Origin: Mobula hypostoma
Lineage: Eukaryota
Assembly: GCF_963921235.1 (NCBI RefSeq)
Contig: NC_086108.1
Span: 111,106,001 to 111,170,000 of the forward strand
Direction of reading: 5' to 3'
DNA length: 64,000 nt
How positions within the stretch are numbered: position 1 is the first letter of the stretch; every line of letters begins with the position of its first letter. A model generated the notes under the pieces. The model was not told the DNA's origin. It saw nothing but the letters and a program-made list of their open reading frames with translations, and ran no database searches. A program made the translations under genes and the position numbers. This document shows, one piece after another, positions 53,041 to 64,000 of this stretch.

Positions 53041-54654
53041 AACCCTGCACTAGGACCCCTTCTGATTTCTGAGATGGCTTCCCATTTATACAATAGTCTA
53101 AGCCTTTGTTTTTCCCACCAAAGTTCATAATGCTACACATCCCTACACTGTATTCCACCAGTATGTCCTTTGTCCACTCTCCCAATCGATCCAAATCCTT
53201 CTACAGACTCCCTGCTTCCTTAACACTACCTGCTCCTTCATCCATCCCGAAACGTCAACTGTTTATTCCCCACCATAGACGGTGCCTGACCTGCTGGGCT
53301 CTTCCAGCATTTTGTGTGTGTTGCTCTGGATTTCCAGCATCTGCAGAATCTCTTTTGTCTCCATTTACTTGTCCCTCTACCCATCTTTGTCCACAAGCTT
53401 GGCCCTAAAGCCATCAATTCTGTCATCCAGATCAGATTTTTCGATCATAGGTACATTGAAACATACATGGATAGAACTGGACAGAATAACAGCTCAGCAC
53501 AGACTAGACGGTCAGAGAGTATGTTCCTGTGCTGTAGCATTCCGTGACTCTGTAATTAGTCATATTTTCACAATTTGACAGTAAATTGCAATTGTAACCA
53601 ATTTTAGTAATTTAAACTATAAATCTCCAATACCAATCAATTGTTACAGATGTTTTTTATTGAAATCAAAGTCAAAGTAAATTTATTATCAGAGCATGTA
53701 GACATCCATAAGACCACAAGTTCTAGGAGCAGAATTAGGCCATTTGGTCAATCATCTCTGCTCCACCAGTTCATCATGGCTGATTATTCTCACTCTCGGC
53801 CTCAATCTCCTGCCTTCTCCCCATATCCCTCCATGTCCTGACCAATCAAGAATCTATCAACTGTTGTCTTAAATACACCCAAAGACCTGGCCTTAAATCA
53901 CCTGCAGCACTGAATTCCACAGATTCACCATTTTCTGGTTTAAGAAATTTCTTCTCGTCTCTGTTCTAAAAGGACGTCCCTCTCTCTATTTTGAGGCTGT
54001 GTCCTCTGGCCTTAGATTCACCCACTATATCCTCACCATCCTCTCCGTATTCACTCTGCTGAGGCCCTTCAACATTCGATAGGTTTCAATCAGGTATCCC
54101 TCTATTCTTCTGAATTCCAGTGAGCAGTGTCACCAGATACTAGATTGAGAGTGAAGCGAACAAGAGATACAGGGATATAGTATGGAACAGGTCATTCCAG
54201 CCCTTCAGACTGTGCTGTCCAGCAACCCTAACCTCATCACAGGAGAATTTACAGTGTACAATTAACCTACTAACCGATACGTCTTTGGACTGCAAGAAGA
54301 AACCAAATCACCCAGAGGAATCCCATGGACACACAGAAAGAATGTACAAACCTTCTTACAGAGGATGCTGGAATTGAAGACCAGACTCTGCCCTGATCTG
54401 TAACAGCATCGCATTAACTGCGATGCCGTCGGATCCAGACCACGGTTTTTACATTCATGTTTGATGGCTAAGTTTATATAGTAGGATAGTACCTCACTGG
54501 CAACAATGACTGGTCAGATTATATGAAGGTTAAATGGCTGAAGTGTTTCCCCTCAGGAGGGCACAGAGAAATCCACATTCCTCTGTCTACACTGAGTTTC
54601 ACTGCAGTAGTTAAGGAAGTTTGCAGCCCACTTGCCAGTGCCGCTGAGTTTTAG

Positions 54655-55290
54655 CTGGGGTCATCTATTGCATCCGGTGCTCCCGGTGCGGCCTCCTCTA
54701 CATCGGTGAAACCCGACGCAGATTGGAACCTCCGCTCCGTCCGCCACAACAGACAGGATCTCCCGGTAGCCACCCACTTCAACTCTGCTTCCCATTCCCA
54801 TTCAGATATGTCCATACGTGGCCTCCTCTACTGCCATGATGAGGCTAAACTCAGGTTGGAGAAGCAACACCTCATATACCGTCTAGGTAGTCTCCAGCCC
54901 CTTGGTATGAACATAGAATTCTCCAACTTCCAGTAATTCCCTCCCCCTCCCTTCTCCTATCCCTATTTCACTCTGCCCCTCCCCCAGCTACCTATCACCT
55001 CCCTCATGGTTCCGCTTCCTTCTACTACCCATTGTGTTTTCCCCTATTCCTTCTTCACCTTTCCTGCCTATCACCTCCCTGCTCCCCTCCCCTACCCCTT
55101 TATCTTTCCCCTTACTGGTTTTTCACCTGGAACCTACCAGCCTTCTCCTCCCCACCCTCCCCCAACCTTCTTTATAGGGCCTCTGCCCCTTCTCTCTACA
55201 GTCCTGACGAAGGGTTCTGGCCTGAAATGTCGACCGATCTTTTCCACGGATGCTGCCCGACCTGCTGAGTTCCTCCAGCGTGTTGTGAGT
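54655..55290 (+). mobile_element. Penelope-like 3' fragment (GIY-YIG C-terminus, pyrimidine-rich tail, hammerhead-like motif at ~55199-55235)
   Basis: Encodes CSRCGLLYIGET...DLPVATHFNS...RLEKQHLIYRLGSLQPLGMNIEFSNF; gtcCTGACGAagggttctggcctGAAAtgtcgac. Confidence 0.85.
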
Positions 55291-56157
55291 GAGTTTTAGT
55301 TTCTTCAAGAAAGTTTATTTCGATGAAATACTCTGTTGGAAATGACATTTTAAAAATAATATTTTTATATGATTTGTACTTATTAACAAACTCATAGCAG
55401 CTAAACTAACAATTTATTACCTTTCTCATTTTTCATCGGCTAAATATTAGCACATTTCCCATGTGATGTAATCGTTTGAATTATGTCACCTATTAATTCA
55501 TCACTATCTAAGGAATTTTCTCCATCTCATCTATAAAAGCCGTGGAATTTTCAGAAGTGCCATCTTCTTTTTTTTGTATTTCTTTTGTTCCTTTGTCTTA
55601 CACCCTTTTTTATTTCCCCTCTTTTCTCAGCTCTTCGTTTAGTTTGCTTAGTATTTGTATGTTTGTTTGCACTCGAAAATAATCTGGAATCTTGGAATTA
55701 AAACTGCTTGTCATTCTTGACTCCAGGAGTACCCTAGAGATCAGAAATTAAACAGAGATCCACCAGCCCTCTGGATCATCACACTAGACTTGGTGTACAG
55801 TATATTGCACCATCCTGTCGGAGAAGCTGAGGGAGTCACACAGTTAGGATTGTGTCCATGCATGGTTCTGGATGTAGTACCGTAAATCCTCTGCAGAACC
55901 TTTCAACACATGTTAAGGACACCTTTAAAGGCTATGCCTCAAAAAGGGGCATTAATCATTAATAACCCCCAGGACACGCCCTCTTCCCTTTGCTACTACC
56001 AAGGAGGAGGTACAGGACCCTGAAGATACACACTCAACAATTCAGGAACAGTTTCTTACCCGCAAACAGGAATTCTGCAGATGCTGGAAATTCAAGCAAC
56101 ACACATCAAAGTTGCTGGTGAACGCAGCAGGCCAGGCAGCATCTGTAGGAGGAGGTA

Positions 56158-56199
56158 CAGTCGACGTTTCAGGCTGAGACCCTTCGTCAGGACTAACTG
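56158..56199 (-). ncRNA. Minimal hammerhead ribozyme motif
   Basis: Reverse complement reads cagttagtcCTGACGAagggtctcagcctGAAAcGTCgactg. Confidence 0.7.
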
Positions 56200-58127
56200 A
56201 AGGAAGAGTGAGTAAGAGATTTGAAAGTTGGATGGGGAGGGGGAGGAAGGAAGAGTGAGTAAGGGATTTGAAAGTTGGAGGGGGAGGGGGAGGAAGGAAG
56301 AGTGAGTAAGGGATTTGAAAGTGGGAGGGGGAGGAAGGAAGAGTGAGTAAGGGATTTGAAAGTTGGAGGGGGAGGGGGAGGAAGGAAGAGTGAGTAAGGG
56401 ATTTGAAAGTTGGAGGGGGAGGGGGAGGAAGGAAGAGTGAGTAAGGGATTTGAAAGTTGGAGGGGGAGGGGGAGGAAGGAAGAGTGAGTAAGGGATTTGA
56501 AAGTTGGAGGGGGAGGGGGAGGAAGGAAGAGTGAGTAAGGGATTTGAAAGTTGGAGGGGGAGGGGGAGGAAGGAAGAGTGAGTAAGGGATTTGAAAGTTG
56601 GAGGGGGAGGGGGAGGAAGGAAGAGTGAGTAAGGGATTTGAAAGTTGGAGGGGGAGGGGGAGGAAGGACGAGTGAGTAAGGGATTTGAAAGTTGGAGGGG
56701 GAGGGGGAGGAAGGAAGAGTGAGTAAGGGATTTGAAAGTTGGAGGGGGAGGGGGAGGAAGGAAGAGTGAGTAAGGGATTTGAAAGTTGGAGGGGGAGGGG
56801 GAGGAAGGAAGAGTGAGTAAGGGATTTGAAAGTTGGAGGGGGAGGGGGAGGAAGGAAGAGTGAGTAAGGAATTTGAAAGTTGGAGGGGGAGGGGGAGGAA
56901 GGAAGAGTGAGTAAGGAATTTGAAAGTTGGAGGGGGAGGGGGAGGAAGGACGAGTGAGTAGGGGATTTGAAAGTTGGAGGGGGAGGAAGGAAGAGTGAGT
57001 AAGGGATTTGAAAGTTGGAGGGGGAGGGGGAGGAAGGACGAGTGAGTAGGGGATTTGAAAGTTGGAGGGGGAGGGGGAGGAAGGAAGAGTGAGTAAGGGA
57101 TTTGAAAGTTGGAGGGGGAGGGGGAGGAAGGAAGAGTGAGTAAGGAATTTGAAAGTTGGAGGGGGAGGGGGAGGAAGGAAGAGTGAGTAGGGGATTTGAA
57201 AGTTGGAGGGGGAGGGGGAGGAAGGAAGAGTGAGTAAGGGATTTGAAAGTTGGAGGGGGAGGGGGAGGAAGGAAGAGTGAGTAAGGAATTTGAAAGTTGG
57301 AGGGGGAGGGGGAGGAAGGAAGAGTGAGTAAGGGATTTGAAAGTTGGAGGGGGAGGGGGAGGAAGGAAGAGTGAGTAAGGGATTTGAAAGTTGGAGGGGG
57401 AGGGGGAGGAAGGAAGAGTGAGTAAGGGATTTGAAAGTTGGAGGGGGAGGGGGAGGAAGGAAGAGTGAGTAGGGGATTTGAAAGTTGGAGGGGGAGGGGG
57501 AGGAAGGAAGAGTGAGTAAGGGATTTGAAAGTTGGAGGGGGAGGGGGAGGAAGGACGAGTGAGTAGGGGATTTGAAAGTTGGAGGGGGAGGGGGAGGAAG
57601 GAAGAGTGAGTAAGGAATTTGAAAGTTGGAGGGGGAGGGGGAGGAAGGAAGAGTGAGTAAGGGATTTGAAAGTTGGAGGGGGAGGGGGAGGAAGGAAGAG
57701 TGAGTAAGGGATTTGAAAGTTGGAGGGGGAGAGGGGGAGGAAGGAAGAGTGAGTAAGGAATTTGAAAGTTGGAGGGGGAGGGGGAGGAAGGAAGAGTGAG
57801 TAGGGGATTTGAAAGTTGGAGGGGGAGGGGGAGGAAGGACGAGTGAGTAAGGGATTTGAAAGTTGGAGGGGGAGGGGGAGGAAGGAAGAGTGAGTAAGGA
57901 ATTTGAAAGTTGGAGGGGGAGGGGGAGGAAGGACGAGTGAGTAAGGGATTTGAAAGTTGGAGGGGGAGGGGGAGGAAGGAAGAGTGAGTAAGGGATTTGA
58001 AAGTTGGAGGGGGGAGGAAGGAAGAGTGAGTAAGGGATTTGAAAGTTGGAGGGGGGAGGAAGGAAGAGTGAGTAAGGGATTTGAAAGTTGGAGGGGGGAG
58101 GAAGGAAGAGTGAGTAAGGGACTTGAA
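56199..58127 (+). repeat. G-rich minisatellite, 47-bp unit gaaggaagagtgagtaagggatttgaaagttggagggggagggggag, about 41 copies
   Basis: Period 47 seen directly (gagtgagtaa at 56341 and 56388). The unit corresponds to the single-copy segment ~32894-32940 of the Penelope terminal repeat. Confidence 0.95.
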
Positions 58128-58153
58128 TTCAAATCCCTTACTCACTCTTCCTT

Positions 58154-58195
58154 CAGTTAGTCCTGACGAAGGGTCTCGGCCTGAAACGTTGACTG
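58154..58195 (+). ncRNA. Minimal hammerhead ribozyme motif
   Basis: cagttagtcCTGACGAagggtctcggcctGAAAcGTTgactg. Confidence 0.7.
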
Positions 58196-58384
58196 CGCCT
58201 CTTCCTATAGATGCTGCTTGGCCTGCTGCATTCACCAGCAACTTTGATGTGTGTTGCAGTTTCTTACCCACTATCATCAGATTTCTGAATGGAAAATGAA
58301 TTCATGAAAACCATTTCAATATATATATTTTTGCTGCCTTTTTGCAGTACTTATTTTTTTATATATATACTTATTGTAATTTCG

Positions 58385-58765
58385 GGTGTCAGAGAGGAGA
58401 TACATCTCTGCCAAAGGAGGTGTAAGGAGCTCCTTACATCCGCTAGGCTGCAGGTCGCCCTTGGGAAAGTTGTAGCATCTGTTTAGCCCCCTCCCCCACA
58501 CCGATCAGGGTCACGTGAAACTATGGGAACAGGAGTTGGATGGTTGTAGGAGCAGCTGGGTGTATATCACAAGTCCTGCTATGCAACCACTGACACCGGG
58601 CAGACAATCTCTGAAGCGTATTGACAATCGCTGGGGTCACACATTTTGTAAAGACACTGCCCAGAAGAAGGCAATGGCAAACCACTTCTGTAGAAAATTT
58701 ACCAAGAACAATCATGGTCACGTCATGTGACATGGCACATAAGGAATGTTTGAATGAATGAAATG
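58385..58765 (+). mobile_element. SINE-like element with RTE-type 3' end
   Basis: agaagaaggcaatggcaaaccacttctgtag resembles the RTE/BovB 3' motif; gaat tail; interrupts a Rex/Babar tail. Confidence 0.55.
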
Positions 58766-60621
58766 TATTTATATTTATTGTTTTATTTTAAATTATTATT
58801 GTGTTCCTTATCTTACTGTGTTTTTTTGTGCTGCGTCATATCCAGAGTAACAATTATTTTGTTCTCCTTTACACCTGTGCACTGGAAATGACATTTAACA
58901 ATCTTGAATCTTGGCAAAGTGCAATCATTGCAGTATCATGGAACTCCGTGCACAAGCTTTCTTGAATCAATGCCCAGGCTGAAGAAATCAGAGAGACTTA
59001 AAAGAATAAAGGAAATCGTTTTGTTCTCTATTTATGTCGATAAAGTCAAGGCCGAAGGAGTTAACCCTCAGACTGGATCCTTGACATAAAACACTGCAGC
59101 TCAGTACAAGCCCTTTGGCCCATGAGGTCGTACCAACCTTTTAGATCAATCCAAGATCAACCTAACCCTTCCCTCAAACATAATGTTCCATTTTTCTATC
59201 ATCCATGTGCCTATTTAAGACATTCTTAAATACTGATAATACGCCTGCCTCTAGCACCATGGCAATATGTTCCATTCAACACTCACCACTCTCTGTGTGG
59301 AGAACTTCCTTCTGACATTCCCCCCTTACAATTCCTCCAATCAACTTAAAATTACGCCCCAAGCACTAGCCATTTCTGGCCTGGGGCTTCCTCACTAACA
59401 GACTGCAATCTGTAAGGGTATCTCCACCACAATTATTCTCAACACTGGTGCCCCACTGGGCTTCATACTCAGCTGCCCACTCTACTCCCTGTACACTCAC
59501 CACTGTGTGGCCAGATTCTGCTCTAACTCTGTGTACAAGTTGGCAGATGGTAGTGTACCTCAAATAACGATGAATTGGAGGAAAGGAAGGCGATGGAGAG
59601 CCCAGTGACATGTTGTCATGGCAACAACCTTTCATGTCACTGGAACAAAAGAGTCGGTCATTGTCCTCCGGATGTGGGGTGGAGTACACACTTCTGTTAA
59701 CAGAGCTGAGGTGGAAATGGTTGAAATCTTCAGGTTCCAAGGCTTAAATATCACTGTACCCTATTGCTCTATGACTCTACGTCTCTCGAACCTACTAACC
59801 CATATGTCTTTGGACTATGGGAGGAAACTGGAGCACCTGGAGCTTCCGTCAGAGAAAGCAAAGAAAGGAAAAGCTCAAGTTTTTCTTTCTCTTTTTTGTA
59901 TCTGCTCAGCTAGGACAGTAGAGATGCCAGGCAGGACAGCTCAGTGCTCCTCTTGTAGGATGTGGGAAGGCAGGGAGACCTCCAGAGTCCTGACTACAAC
60001 TGCGAGGTGCATCCAGCTGCAGCTTTTAACAAACCGCGTTAAGGAGTTGGAGCTGGAAATGGATGAACTCCAGATCAATCAGAAGGCTGAAGGGGTCACA
60101 GATAGGATTTTCAATCTCTTACTGCTACAGTGGAAGTTCCCACTTGCTTCAAAAAGGCAACAATTATACCAGTGCCTAAGAAGAATAACGTGAGCTGCTT
60201 AATGACTATCGCCTGGTAGCACTCACATCTACAGTTATGAAATACTTCGAGAGGTTGGTCATGCCTAGACTGAACTCCTGTCTCAGCAAGGACCTGGACA
60301 GAGGATTGTAGGACCAGAGGACACAGCCTCAGAATAGAGAGGAGTCCTTTTGGAATAGAGATGAGGAGGATTCTTATCTATTTTGCCACAGGCAGCTGTG
60401 GAGGTCAAGTATTTGTGTATATTTAAGGCAGAGGTTGATAGATTCTTGATTTGTCAGGGCACAATGGGATACAGGGAGAAGGCAGGAGATTGAGGCTGAG
60501 AGGAAAATTGGATCAGCCATGATGAAATGACAGAGCAGACTCGATGGGCCAAAGGGCCGAATTCTGCTCATATACTTTATGGTCTTATGGTCTAAACTTT
60601 ATCATTAATCTTCAAAAGGGT

Positions 60622-61268
60622 GGAATGGGAGGAGGGAGGAGAAGATGGCGGCGCGACGCAGCGCGCGTGGCCGTTCTGAATGAATATGGTATGTGTTAAT
60701 TAGGGGGCCGTGCACAATCCGGATTTGAAGGAGACAGCCATAAGAAGCACGGAGGAACACCTGGAGAAACTTCTGAAATGCCCGCTTAACTGCCGCTGCT
60801 ATTGTGCGATCGAGAATCTCCGGAGGGGAAGGTCCCAAATCCTCGGCTTTGCCTATTGCCTGTTGCCGGGGCCGGGGTCGAAGCGCTCGGCAGAGATGGT
60901 GCTCGGTGCTCGGTGTCGGAGAGCTGGTCGGTGGCTTGGAGTTTTCGGACGGACTCGGAGTCGGACTGTGGTCGGATGCTTCCAGGATGCTGCATCGGCA
61001 AGTTGGCGGCGCTGGAGGTTCACCGTCTGCGTGCGATGATGGGACTTTCGAGAGACTTTGAGACTTTTACCGTGCCAAGGTCTGTTCTTATCAAATTACG
61101 GTTTTGCTTTGCATTGTTGTAACTATATATTATAATTATGTGGTTTTTGTTAGTGTTTAAGTGGGTTTGTCATGTGTTTTCATGATATCATTCTGGAAAA
61201 ACATTGTATCATTTCTTAAAGCATGCATTACTAAATGACAATAACAGAGGACTGTGTGTCCTCATAAT
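60622..61268 (+). mobile_element. ~640-bp CpG-rich non-autonomous retroelement; second, 5'-truncated copy at ~30576-31195 (minus)
   Basis: Starts ggaggagaagatggcggcg (YY1-like motif) and ends ctaaatgacaata...tcataat; reverse-complement homology to 30.6-31.2 kb, which has a (taatc)n tail. Confidence 0.75.
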
Positions 61269-61949
61269 TTAAAAAAAAGGGAGAGGGAGCAGAAGAGGTT
61301 CACCAGGATGCTGCCTGGATAAGAGAGCATGCACAATAATGAGAGGCTGGACAAACTTGGTTGTTTTTGCTGGAGCAACGGAGACTGAGGGAAGATCTGA
61401 TAGGAGTTCATAAGAAGCATAGATGGGGTAGACGGACAGTATTTTTTTTCCAAAGGTTGAAATGTCTAATACAAGAGGGCATATATTTAAGGTGAGATGA
61501 GGTAATTTCAAAGGAGATGAGAGGGGCAGGTTTTTATTTACACCGAGTGTGCTGGGTGCCTGGAATGTGCTCCCTGGGGTAAGGTGGTAGAGGCAGAGAT
61601 ACATTAGGGACTTTTAAACGACGTTTCGACAGGCACACGAATGTGAAAAAAATGAAAGGACATGACATTATGTAGCACAAGCGATTAGTTTAGTTGCCTG
61701 TTTGATTACTAACTATTTGGTCCGGCACAACATTGTGGACCGAAGGGCCTGTTCCTGTGCTGTACTGTTCTATGTTAAAACAATATGGCAGCAGTTAAAC
61801 TGGTTTACAATAACACATTAACGCATTCTCTCCTTTGTCACTATCAAGGACTGAAGGTTCCCATTCTACCTCGACAGTAGATTTTTGGGGATTAACATAG
61901 CAACCACCCAGGGAGAAAGAATGGAGTCAGGCTCCTTTAATAAACACAA

Positions 61950-62510
61950 ATGTAATACGCACAAAAACTGGGGGAACTCAGCAGGTCACCAGGAATAAAG
62001 AGCTGGTATTTCGGGCAAAGACCCTTCACCAAGGACTGGAAAGGAAGGGGGAAGAAGCCCGAATAAGAAGCTGGAAGGATTGGGAGGATATGAGCTAGAA
62101 GGTGATAGCTGAGTGGGAAGGTGGGGTGGGGAATGGGGGCAAAATGAGAAGCTGGGAGGGGAAAGCTGGAAGAAACAAAGAACAGGAGAAGAAGGAGTCT
62201 AATAGGAGAGGAGAGTAGACCATAGAGAAAAGGAAGGAGGAGGGACACCAGAGGGAGGTGATGGTCAGGTGAGGAGAAGAGAAGAGCTGAGCGGGGAGCT
62301 AGAGAAAGACATAGAAGAAAAGAGAAGGGGGAGAAGAGATTAGCAGAAGTTCATGCCATCAGGTTGGAGGCCACCCAGATGGAATATAAGGTGTTGCTCC
62401 TCCGACCTCATTGTGGCAGTGGATGAGGCCATGGACTGGCATGTTGGATTGTGAATGGAGATTGGAATTATAAAGGTTGGCTATCGGGAAATCCAACTTT
62501 TTGCGGATGG
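61950..62510 (-). mobile_element. Degraded Penelope-like 3' end
   Basis: gttcatgccatcaggttggaggccacccagatggaatataaggtgttg matches 33210-33260; purine tract and decayed terminal repeat. Confidence 0.7.
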
Positions 62511-64000
62511 AGCAAACATTTCTTTAATATGTTTACATGTATGAACGCGTACTAACACAGGTAGCCTCTAGATGGCAGCATTAGTCAATAGAAACCCATA
62601 ACATTCCTAGCCACTGGCAAGGTGCTGAAGGGCTGGAGGAGGGTTAATGTTGTTCCATCATTCAGAATCGGAATCAGGTTTAATATCATTGGCATACGTC
62701 GTGAAATTTGCTGTTATGTGACAGGACTACATTGTAATACAAAACAATAAAATCTAAATTACAGTAAGAAGTACATATATATATGTTTGTATGCATGAAT
62801 GTACATTATGAATGTATTATGAATACATATATATAAATTACGTTCGTAGTGCAAAGACAGAAGAAAATAAAAGTAGTGAGGTAGTGTTCATGGGTTCAAT
62901 GTCCATTCAGAAATGATGTAGAAGGGAAGAAGCTGTCCTGAATCACTGAGTGTGTGTCTCCAGGCTTCTGTACCTCCTCCCAACATCATGGACATTTCCA
63001 AAAGGCAAAGTCTCAAAGAGGCAGCGTCTATCATTAAGCACGCCCATCACCCAGGACTTACCCTTTTCTCATTGCTATCCTCAGGGAGGAGGTACAGGAG
63101 CCTGAAGACACATACTCAGTGATTCAGGAACAGCTTCATCCCCTCCGCCATCAGATTTATGAACAGACTTTGAACTCATGTACACCACCTCAGTAGTTTT
63201 TAGTTTGCTCTCTTTCTGCACTTTTTAAAAAATTTTATTTTCTTTTTTATATGTACTTTTTATGGTAACTTTTAGTTTTAAAATTACTATTATGTATTGC
63301 AATGTACTGCAGCTGCAAAACAACAAATTTCACAGCATATGCCGGTGATATTAACCTGATTCTGATTCAGACAGTGAACAGAGATCAGCTTCAGATTCAA
63401 ATGTATTCATCACGTGTACATCGAAACATACCGTGAAACGTAACATTTGCGTTAACAACCAACACAACCGGAGGGTGTGCTGGGAACAGCCCACAAGTGT
63501 CACCACACATTCCAGCACCAACATAGCACACCCACAATGCTCGGCAGAACCACGTAAACAACAACAAAAAATCCAAACAACGGCAAAACTTGCTCCTTTC
63601 CCATCCCACCTACACACCTACTCTAAACATTCAAAGTACATTTATTATCAAACTACAAATACCTCATTTTCTGAGATTCATTTTCTTGTGGGCATTCACC
63701 ATAAATACAAAGAAACAGATATAACATGCAAAATAATCATAATAAATAAATAAGGAATAAAATACGAAAACATGAGATGAAAATTGAGTCTACAGGTTGT
63801 GGAAGCAGTTCCATGATGGGGTCAGTGAAGTTATCCCTCTGGATCAAAGCCCTGATGATTGAGGGGTAATAACTGTTCCTGCCCTCTGTCATACAATGTT
63901 CCCCAGCATAACATCAACGAGGATCTCACATGGTCCGTACATATCAGCTATGTGGTGAAAAAGGCACATTTTCTCAGACGGTTGAAGAAGTTTAGTATGC

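Larger units (their letters stand above)
56062..58256. mobile_element. Penelope-like insertion (inverted terminal arms) containing a 47-bp tandem array, 13-bp TSD
   Basis: Same termini as the other two copies; TSD cagtttcttaccc at 56049-56061 and 58257-58269. Confidence 0.88.

Noticed and set aside
56042..58277. Two ~695-aa Pro/Ser/Leu-rich minus-strand ORFs
   Set aside because: They are translations of the 47-bp array, whose C-rich strand lacks stop codons; no evidence of a real protein.

Overview
Repeat-dominated vertebrate genomic DNA. The mix of CR1/HER1-type LINEs, V-SINEs, Rex1/Babar relics and Penelope-like elements suggests a cartilaginous fish, probably a ray (inference). One host gene is supported: an LPAR3-like lysophosphatidic acid GPCR on the + strand, with coding exons 12599-13334 and 41297-41670 (369 aa) split by a ~28 kb phase-1 intron in TM6. 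A CpG-rich candidate promoter/first exon lies near 1.7-2.0 kb. Most of the rest is transposon debris: young and old CR1 LINEs, Rex1/Babar 3' fragments, Tc1-derived elements, several SINE families, a solo LTR with a 4-bp TSD, and micro/minisatellites. The most notable structure is a young Penelope-like (GIY-YIG, Neptune-type) family. Three insertions (7.6 kb, 32.7-34.7 kb, 56.1-58.3 kb) share an inverted-arm architecture, 13-16 bp target-site duplications and minimal hammerhead ribozyme motifs. One of them contains a ~41-copy G-rich 47-bp tandem array built from its own terminal repeat, ending in a zero-spacer fold-back junction. Family assignments come from motif recognition only; no database searches were run, and repeat boundaries are approximate unless a TSD is given.
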